From a bacterium (lineage in GTDB: Bacteria; Planctomycetota; SKW154; DAOVDS01), in contig DAOVDS010000002.1 of assembly GCA_030669415.1 (NCBI GenBank), forward strand, positions 1-47,307: a DNA stretch of 47,307 nt. The letters run 5' to 3'. Below are positions 9,401 through 16,500 of the stretch, piece after piece (the first letter of the stretch is position 1; each line of letters opens with the position of its first letter). The notes under the pieces are model-generated. The model made no database searches and had not been told where the DNA came from. It saw nothing but the letters and a program-made list of their open reading frames with translations. The translations under genes and the position numbers were made by a program.

Positions 9401-9463
9401 GCGGTGCTGCGTCTGAGGCGAAGTACGAGAGGCTCGACGCAAAAGGGAGGCAAGTCCAAGTGA
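6449..9463 (+). CDS. DUF4388 + TPR + multi-pass membrane (ABC-2 permease-like) fusion protein
   Basis: N-terminal DFPTIFQSLTSGRRTGNLKV...MEAARRMDE (DUF4388-like), central TPR-like repeats, C-terminal ~500 aa with many hydrophobic helices (GKFVATL...LATLPL). Confidence 0.7.
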   Translation: MEPKKGIDIADFPTIFQSLTSGRRTGNLKVSTGTGSFFFYFQDGVIKHFAQPARDDVLLRAMLHCAKIDRTGYEKLLSRHRRSGRSYLSLFSAKRTITDADITQAMQFMVQEEVCDLFVRSRLNCEFFEGEPFPEVFGTEKERVTLSVLPEPVVMEAARRMDEVSLLREIVPSTSDVYTVTGVTEEQLEAPLPPEDAGPREEVLDLIDGHRDIEDLAALARMSKFDLLRRLAQLAGARVVEALGARSLLTLAQQYAIEGNIRKALRLYERAEELGEARMETRMHIARLYGALCDEKRALAKYISISEDALKSNDTDGAITAIRQALHLAPENTEVRERLAALLLQSDRYDEAINESIELANLLVKAKNLDGAVQIWLSFMDKYPTSTESHRQLAELYKERENRTAAIQVLESLAELYLTRARRERAVEVYREVLKLDPKHTGVRLKLASLLRRIGNVKEAAREYEKFRSSTRMLRFSKRPQTILRSWFGLRHPTVIASARLALSGPALRAIAILALGLVLAGVLTLIFSVTVASQGNELGPGIGSVLFGALVIMHIVMAIGVLPLLASASVLLHPHEDDESVAAQLVAHPRGAVAGKFVATLSTWLILLLATLPLAATVVLLRGASGPVVSLNFYLQILVGAVIAAALTLVCANAPDRKSAIVDSYLVCAALALLGVLFVSMLSDVGGTGSGSLLAKPVSMTDLPAFQLRTSTFVGTALLMPIAAVFVCGFILMAAVARLTPERGYSSPAQKLFWLIVILLGTAIGLAWASTGDHASSLSQPPVAQLLLLMSVFLALSIGAIVFSTESAPPVTAENESVKKLLSRSRLKLMLGPGPLRGSLFALAGSAIVLFVVMLFLGLSESSATPTKLSGGVLTAVYFAILGHVTLVISLGLLLSTTQLSGRWRRLILISVLGITLAGIPAAMTYMQFHIPRLVADLSPLVLAAAAFGKSITTEKYIWRAEAINWGWVVAVYWAAAAAIGTAAVLRLRRSTRGSTQKGGKSK

Positions 9464-9876
9464 AATACAGAAAAGAAGGCGACCACTATCTCGTAGTCTT
9501 CGACAAGGGCGATGAGCTGGTGCAATCGCTGACTGAGCTTGTCGCTGCCGAGAGCATCGAGGGTGGAATCGTTCGCGGCCTGGGTGGTGTCACGAACGTC
9601 GTCCTGGGCTTCTTTGACACTGAGAAAAAGGAGTACCTGCGCAAGGAATTCGCCGGTTTCTACGAACTTGCCAACCTGGTTGGTGACATCTCCCTGGTTG
9701 ACGGAAAACCGTTCTGCCACCTGCACGCAGTTATCTCCGACGCCGAGATGCGCGCGTTCGCAGGCCACCTGTTTGCTGCGGAGGTATCAGTGACGGGTGA
9801 GCTGATTCTAACGCCGGGCGAAAAGGCCCCGAGGCAGTTCAACGACGAAATCGGGCTCAACCTGATTGACCTCTGA
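9460..9876 (+). CDS. PPC domain (DUF296) protein
   Basis: GLGGV, ELANLVGDIS, HLHAVISD, AGHL motifs. GTGA overlap with the upstream gene. Confidence 0.9.
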   Translation: MKYRKEGDHYLVVFDKGDELVQSLTELVAAESIEGGIVRGLGGVTNVVLGFFDTEKKEYLRKEFAGFYELANLVGDISLVDGKPFCHLHAVISDAEMRAFAGHLFAAEVSVTGELILTPGEKAPRQFNDEIGLNLIDL

Positions 9877-9877
9877 C

Positions 9878-11383
9878 CTATCTCGCTTTCGACATCAGAA
9901 GCGACAAGCCTGATTTCAGGTAGTAGAGGAACTCACGGATACTCGTAGTGTTTCTGACAGTGCGCAGGACATAGCCGGGCGAGAAGTAGAATTTCTTGAG
10001 CATCTTGTGCTGCTTTCGGCGCAGCTCGTGCACGGCGAAGTGTCTCATGCGCCAGGGCGCGCTCTGGCGGGTGCCGCCGTACATCAGAAACTCTTCCCAG
10101 TCGGGGCGCGGTTCTATCAGCCCGTCATCCTGCATTATCTCCCACAGCGGCGTCCCGGGATAGGGCACCCCGACTGCGACAAACAGCGTCGTCGGCCGAA
10201 TCCAGGCTATCAGTTCCTGTGTAGCCTCAATGTCGTGCTCCCTCTCGGACGGGTGCACCCCGAGTATGAAATCAGCCTCGATGTTGGCTACGCCCGCCCT
10301 GCGCGCGGCGCGGAAGGCCGCCCTCACCTGGTCAAGATTGATGCCCTTGCCGATAAGCTCCAGAATCCGCGGGCTGCCCGATTCCACGCCGAACGCGACG
10401 CCCCTGCAGCCGTGCGCGACCATTGCACGCAGCAGGTCTTCATCGACGGCATCAACACGCGTGGTGCAGTTCCATGTAAGCGACAGTTCCTTGAGCGCTC
10501 TCATTATCTCGCGCAGCCTCGCTGGCTTCAGGGTAAACGTGTCATCGAGAAACACCACATGGTTCGTCCCGTATTCCCGCACCAGGTGATCGAGTTCCGC
10601 AGTCACGTTTTCAGCGCTTCGGAACCTCGCGCCTCTACCGTGCGTGACCCGTATTGCGCAGAAGATGCACGCGTTCGGGCAGCCGCGGCTCGTTGAGACC
10701 TCCGCAATGTTGAGGAAGGCGCGCGAGAACCCGCGGTACGACTGCTTTCTGTAAAGCCTCCGCCTTAGCAGGTCACGAGCCGGAAAGGGGAGCAAGTCCA
10801 GGTTCTCAATTGCCGGCCGCGGCTCGTTGCGCACAACACCGCTTTCGGTCCTGTACGCAATCCCGCGAACGCCTGAGAAATCCCATCCATTTCTACCACA
10901 GAGGCACGGAGGACACGGAGAATTTATTCCTTTTGTTTTTCTGTTTTTGTTTTTCTCTGTGCTCTCTGTGTCTCTGTGGTAAATTTCTACTATTTCTCTG
11001 AAGGTAAGCTCACCCTCGCCGAAGACTGCAATGTCGAAGCCCGGGAACTCTTCAAGTGTCTGCTCCGGAAGGGCCGAAGGGTGCGGCCCGCCAGCCACAG
11101 TCAGCACGTCGGGAAGGGCCTGCTTTGCGACCCGGGCCAGTCTGCCGCCGCGTGGCGCGGTCGGTGTCATCAGAGTTATGCCAACCACGTCAGGACGGAA
11201 CTCGAGCAGGCGCGAGCGCAGCGCCTCCTGCGAGAAGCGCTCGACATCATAGTCCCAGATTTGCACCTGCGCGCCATCCTGCCTTGCGACCGCTGCCAGG
11301 TAGCAGAGGTTGAGCGGTGTCTGGGATGACACGAACTCCACGCCTGTGGTAATCATCCTCGGCCTTATCAGCACGACCCTCAC
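9878..11383 (-). CDS. B12-binding radical SAM protein
   Basis: GGPHPS, FGEGE, SRGCPNACIFC (CxxxCxxC), FLDDTF, GVESGS, PYPGT. Start reassigned to GTG 11383, which follows SD GGAGGTG. Confidence 0.9.
   Translation of the reverse strand: MRVVLIRPRMITTGVEFVSSQTPLNLCYLAAVARQDGAQVQIWDYDVERFSQEALRSRLLEFRPDVVGITLMTPTAPRGGRLARVAKQALPDVLTVAGGPHPSALPEQTLEEFPGFDIAVFGEGELTFREIVEIYHRDTESTEKNKNRKTKGINSPCPPCLCGRNGWDFSGVRGIAYRTESGVVRNEPRPAIENLDLLPFPARDLLRRRLYRKQSYRGFSRAFLNIAEVSTSRGCPNACIFCAIRVTHGRGARFRSAENVTAELDHLVREYGTNHVVFLDDTFTLKPARLREIMRALKELSLTWNCTTRVDAVDEDLLRAMVAHGCRGVAFGVESGSPRILELIGKGINLDQVRAAFRAARRAGVANIEADFILGVHPSEREHDIEATQELIAWIRPTTLFVAVGVPYPGTPLWEIMQDDGLIEPRPDWEEFLMYGGTRQSAPWRMRHFAVHELRRKQHKMLKKFYFSPGYVLRTVRNTTSIREFLYYLKSGLSLLMSKAR
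10894..10981. repeat. Imperfect palindromic element (CACRGAG units) inside the radical SAM CDS
   Basis: TACCACAGAGGCACGGAGGACACGGAGAA (10894-10922) versus TTCTCTGTGCTCTCTGTGTCTCTGTGGTA (10953-10981): 24/29 complementary around a T-rich loop. Confidence 0.85.
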
Positions 11384-11494
11384 GACGCAACACCTCCAGT
11401 GGAAGCCATCTTGCGCCGAGCCGCATGCATGGAGTGCCGGTGAGATGTGGCCTTCACGAACGACAGAAAGCACCGGCTCATCATTGCGTATTTC

Positions 11495-12058
11495 TCATTC
11501 CTCAAAGGAGCTGCGGGGGGCGTAGGGGTCTCGCCCCTTGAAGGGGATGTGACGGTTGAGGATTGTCGAGAACACCTGGCTGCGCGCCCTGCCCTGCTTT
11601 CGCCACAGGATGGTGAGCCTCACGAATATCTCATTTTCATTCTCGTCAACAGGTATGAGCTCGAGGTCGTACTTGTATCCTTCATACCCGGGCAAATCGG
11701 CGTTGGTGCGCGCGATTCGGGTGATTTCGACACCGGCGGTGAGCTTCGATTCCACCTGGGAGAAGATACTGTCAGACATGATAGCCGCGGTGGACTGGTC
11801 TGTGGCGCGCTTGTGCATCGCGGTGGCTGCCGCGAAAAGCGCGAACGCGGACGAAAGCCCGATAAGCAAGACGAAGAGCGCTACGAGTATCTCAATAAGC
11901 GTGAACCCTTTGGGCTGTTTCGGGTTTGCGCACTTCGTTTGCGCGGCGACATTTGTTCTTCGCACAAATGGTGCGCGAGTTTCGAGTTTCGGGTTCCTTT
12001 CGCGCAACCCGGAACCCGGAACTCGTAACTGCTCTTCTATGGTTATCTGGAGTTCCAG
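11495..12058 (-). CDS. Minor prepilin (GspI/PilV-like); start uncertain (CTG 12058, TTG 12007 or GTG 11965)
   Basis: Class III signal KG|FTLIEILVALFVLL followed by a short globular domain. No in-frame ATG upstream of the motif. Confidence 0.75.
   Translation of the reverse strand: MELQITIEEQLRVPGSGLRERNPKLETRAPFVRRTNVAAQTKCANPKQPKGFTLIEILVALFVLLIGLSSAFALFAAATAMHKRATDQSTAAIMSDSIFSQVESKLTAGVEITRIARTNADLPGYEGYKYDLELIPVDENENEIFVRLTILWRKQGRARSQVFSTILNRHIPFKGRDPYAPRSSFEE
11917..12025. repeat. Heptamer-repeat inverted repeat plus small hairpins in the prepilin leader
   Basis: CGAGTTTCGAGTTTCGGGTT (11976-11995) pairs with AACCCGGAACCCGGAACTCG (12006-12025). Small hairpins at 11928-11944 and 11950-11970. 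GTTTCGGGTT repeated at 11917 and 11986. Confidence 0.75.
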
Positions 12059-13164
12059 TCTTCTCTCCCGCCGGGCAGTCTCAAGATGAGGCTGAAAGTC
12101 CTGCCAGCCTGGACCAGTGCGCCACGCCTGTGCGCGGCGGGTATGCTCCACCTCGCACCCCGGCCGTACTCATCTCGAAGGACAAGCGCCCCCCGCTTCG
12201 CCTCGGCGTAGCGAATCCACTCGCCACCTATCTTAACGTACTTGTACTCTGAAGCTGCGAACACCCTGTAGTCTTCGACAGGTATGCGCGTGGATTCTTC
12301 ATCAATGTCGCTCGAGAGTTTGGATATGGCGCCGGTTTCGCCTTCGGCCACGACAAGCACCACCTGAACCGCGCGCGGGAAGATGTCGTCACTCGGGTCC
12401 AGGAGCGAGGAGCCGCTGAGGAATGTTGTGAACTCCCTGTCTTCCGGCTTGAACGGCGGTGTGCGCGAGCGTGTCGAATCCCACCAGAGCGCAGGTCCGC
12501 TCTTCTCGTCGGCAGCCGGCATTATTATCGGCAGGTGGCGCAAGTCCCATGTGTTGGTGTACTGGGTCCGGAAGTGAAATCCCAGGTAGAGCACACCCTC
12601 GGCGAACTCTATGAGACTGGAGCTGGCACCCCCGGGAGTCAGGTTCGAGTCAACGAAGAAAGTCCCCGCTCCTCCAATAGGTGCGCGCAGGCCGCGAAAG
12701 AGCTTTGTGGATGCGGGGTCGGAGTCCATGACGTAGGCGAGTTCGCAGAGGCCGCCTGTCGGGCGCAGGTCGCCCATGCGCGCCTCCGTGTAGTCCTGGT
12801 TGAGGTCGAGGTCTTTCTCCGCACCAAGCAGCGCACCCGCCTCCCTGTGGGTGAAGGAAGAAACCGCCCCCTCGACGGTACGCACAAACCGCATTCTCTG
12901 CCTCCCCTGGGCGTCGCGGTCGCAGACCAGCATGATGTTGGCAGATTGGCCTTCGAGGAATTCGTGGGTGTATATGCTGCGCAGGTCCTGTCCGATTTGT
13001 GCAAGGACAAACTGCGCGGTTTCGAGAGTCTCCCGCCTGCTCTCACCCGTGTGCCAGGTCGAGAGGCCTGTACGCAGTATCCCTATCGCGGCCGCGCCGA
13101 TAAAAACGAATATCGACATAGCCACCATGAGCTCGACCAGGGTAATGCCGCAGTTATGCCTCAG
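12043..13164 (-). CDS. Minor prepilin (GspJ/PilW-like), apparent CTG start
   Basis: Extending the ORF upstream gives LRHNCG|ITLVELMVAMSIF. An in-frame TAA at 13170-13168 limits the start, and SD AAGGAGGG lies 6 nt before CTG 13164. Confidence 0.8.
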   Translation of the reverse strand: MRHNCGITLVELMVAMSIFVFIGAAAIGILRTGLSTWHTGESRRETLETAQFVLAQIGQDLRSIYTHEFLEGQSANIMLVCDRDAQGRQRMRFVRTVEGAVSSFTHREAGALLGAEKDLDLNQDYTEARMGDLRPTGGLCELAYVMDSDPASTKLFRGLRAPIGGAGTFFVDSNLTPGGASSSLIEFAEGVLYLGFHFRTQYTNTWDLRHLPIIMPAADEKSGPALWWDSTRSRTPPFKPEDREFTTFLSGSSLLDPSDDIFPRAVQVVLVVAEGETGAISKLSSDIDEESTRIPVEDYRVFAASEYKYVKIGGEWIRYAEAKRGALVLRDEYGRGARWSIPAAHRRGALVQAGRTFSLILRLPGGREDWNSR

Positions 13165-13167
13165 GAA

Positions 13168-13539
13168 TTACCCTCCTTTGCGGGGCGGCTTTTCCTTGCT
13201 CTGCTTGTCTACCTCCCTTTTTACGTCCGTCGGCGTCAGGTGCTTGCCAGGCTGGTGGACATACTCGCCCTTGATTTGCAGGTCGAACATGATGTTCCTT
13301 GCACCGATGAACTCTATCAGGTTGCCCTTGTACTTGTAGCAGGCAAGCCGCTTCGCCCTGGCATCGAAGACATATACTATGTCCTCCTGCTGGTTGTTGA
13401 AGTTGGCAGCAACCGCCATCATTGACCCGCCAGGTGCCGCGCCCTGCGCGAACACGGGCCTGCCTCCCGTCCCCACCGCCAGGGCGATGAGAAGGCCTGC
13501 AATCAGACCGAGTAAACCTATCACAACATTGAGCCTCAT
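13168..13539 (-). CDS. Small membrane-anchored or secreted hypothetical protein in the pilin operon
   Basis: Hydrophobic N-terminus, beta-rich body (IVYVFD...RLACY...FIGARNI), SD GGAGGG. Confidence 0.7.
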   Translation of the reverse strand: MRLNVVIGLLGLIAGLLIALAVGTGGRPVFAQGAAPGGSMMAVAANFNNQQEDIVYVFDARAKRLACYKYKGNLIEFIGARNIMFDLQIKGEYVHQPGKHLTPTDVKREVDKQSKEKPPRKGG

Positions 13540-13563
13540 CAAGTCCCTCCTTTCCAGTGCCAG

Positions 13564-16500
13564 TTACTCTTTCGGTGTCTCGTGGTGGTGCACGATGCAC
13601 GGCTGATCATATTCCAGTGTAATCGAACGGACAATCGGCGTATCTTTCCACGCGTTGCTGAGGTAGGCATCCTGTGCGTAAGTCAAATAGACCCGTATCT
13701 CCACGCGCTGGCCCATCACGCCGATGAGGTTCTCGCCATCGGGGTCGAGGAACTCGAAGATACCGCCCTTCTTATTGCTGGGCGCAGTATCCCACCCCGG
13801 CCGGCCATCTATTCTGACCTGAACCTTGGTCAGGGTGCCCTGGGGGACTGTGGCGTCCCAGGTTATTCCCCTGAAGTATGCGTAGTTGAAGTTGTTGATT
13901 GCCAGGAAATAAACGCCCTGGCGGGAATCCCTGTTGGGCTCGTACAGGTCGTGATAGCGGAAAGGCATGAAGATGCCCAGGTCGCTGGAAGAGAAACCCG
14001 TCACGGGGCTGCCGAAGGCGCCGCGGAACACTCCCTGGCCGTAGATGTCCGCATAACGCCTGAACTCCCTTCTGCGGCTGTAGCGGTACGGCACAATCTC
14101 GCCGCAGCCGTCAGTCCGGGCAACCTGGATGTAGCCCTGTCTCGGTGTTTGGCCCGGGTTGCGGCAGGGTATGGTCTCTTCGGTCAGGCCGCCGTCGAAC
14201 ACGCCTGCCCTCGGGTAGGGAATTATGTAGATTCTCGCACCCTCGGCGTGTGCGGCAGGAATGCTCCCGAGCAGGCCTCTCTTGAGCCTGCCGAACGTGG
14301 AGCTGCCGGAATCTACATCAACGACCCCGATAATCTCATCATCTATCTTTATCAGTCCCCCGTACTGGCGCAGTTGAGGCACCCCGCCGGCGCTTGACGG
14401 GCCGGGGCTGCCGCCGGGCGGCTGGTTTCCGCCGTGCGACTGGCGCACGCCGAAGACCATTGAAGTGTCGTTAGGCCCGAGGTCAACATTCGCCACAAAC
14501 CCGTAGGTTGCGTACGGCGAATGGACTGTATCGCCCGAGACGGTAATCTCGTCAATCATACCCATAACCCCGGCGCCGCCCAGGGCCGAGCCACCTATCA
14601 TTGTTATGGGCTGCACCTCGGTGGGCAGCTCGCCGCTGGGCCACTTGAGGAGGCGGCCCCACTCATTCTGGTTGAACTGCCTCGGGGCGAAATCGGTGAG
14701 CGCAACTTTCTTGCCGCTGGAGTGGTTGACCTGCATCAGGTTTTTCTGCTGGGCGTCGATGACTGTCACCATGTCGCCGCCGCCGCTGTAATCTCGCTGC
14801 ACATCGAAGACGGGAATAACCTTGGTTCCCGCCGCGTGGGAGTTCGAGACCGTACCTTCCTGACCGCGGCAGGAGTCGCTTATGGGCAAGGGTATTGGCC
14901 CGGGCGGGACAGGCTGGGGGAAGATTCCGATTCCACGCGTGATTGTGCTCTCGAATGACGTGAGCGGGTCGGGCAGGAGGATGCTGCCGGGCCGGCGCGG
15001 CCGGGGCACTGGCCTTGGTGTGAGGCCGCTTCCACCGCGCGGCGGGAGTGGAATGGGGTCACCACCGCGACCGCCACGGCCGCCACGGCGCGGGTCTATC
15101 CCCGGGCCACCACCGCCGGGGGGCGTCACGGGGCCACCACCGCCTCCGGAGCCGTAAGGCATTATGAAGTACTGCTGCTTGTAGTTGGCATCCTTGGCCT
15201 TTTCGTACTTTATCCATTCATCGTCAAGCTGTACGTAGCCTGAGTCCTTGTAGTCGGTGGTATTGGTGACTTTCAGGGAAATCAGCTTGACGAAAGCCCC
15301 GTTGCTGTGGTCGGCTGCCGTGGTATTCTCCATCCCGCGAACGCAGCCGGTGAACTTATCGACGGCGAAACCGCTGTAGTATATTTTCTCCTGGTCAATG
15401 AGTATGAAGCCTTCGGGTGGGAAGTTCGCGGTCGAGACGACCAGGACTTCCACATCAGTGGCCAGAACGCCGTTGAACGTGCCGGCCGGGTCAGCGGGGT
15501 TTCGAGGCCTGTTCACTATCGTTTGGGGCGTAGGTGAAGGCAGGTCGTAGACTGTAAGTGCGCCGCCTACACGCAGGTCTTCTTTCAGGAAGCTCGAATA
15601 CCCCAGGATTGTCACTACGGCACCGTCCTTGTGGTAGGTAGGAACAGTCCCTCTTACGGAAGCCCGTATGAGCTGAGGCGTCCAGCCCGCCGGCGGGGGT
15701 ATGGTTGTAGCCGCCTCAAGCTGGCTCAATATCGTGAGCGTGTTGCCGTTTATTTCCACAACATTCATCGCCTCTGAATCGACCTTTATCGCGGGGAACC
15801 ACCCCCTCGACGCATCTATCGGGCCCAGCGGCAAATCAGAGGCATTCTCGACAGTAATCTGGTAGACCTTGTCATCTATGTCGCCCACGAGGCGCGTGAC
15901 ATTCTCATAGGTGCCAAGCGAGCGGCCGTCCACAAACATGGCCAAATCACCGTAGCGCACGCCTTTCCAGGAACAGGCGACGTGGTACCAGGTATCCGCA
16001 TCGAACGTGTACGGGGCCCGAAGGGTATTGCCTATCTGGTCAAGTCCCGCGTCGCAGACCATGAGCACGAGGTCGCTTCCATCGTAGTAGAAGGTCACGC
16101 GGCTCTCGTACTCGCCCTTGGCGTGGTCCAGGAAGTAGTGAGCCCCGGCGCTCCAGCTCGGCTTGAACCAGAAGGCGCAATAACCCGTGCCGACTGACTG
16201 CGGGTTTCGGCCCCGCCGCTCCGGGATAATCGGGAACTGACTGGCCGTCTGCACCGGGATACCGTTCTGCGTTGACTGGCCGTCAATTGTCTGGTCGTAG
16301 TGCTCGGTGTACTTGTTGCCGTCGTTGAGCCTGCCGGCCTCGATTTTGAAGTCTCCCTCCTGCGGGTCATGACTGTGCGATGGGAACGCCCAGTTCGCAT
16401 TCAGGGAATTCGGCGTAGTCGTGAGGTGGTTGGCCTCGCGGTCGTCGAACTGCAGGACGCTCTTACGCCCGCTGTTCCTATCCAGCCACCTGACAATCCC

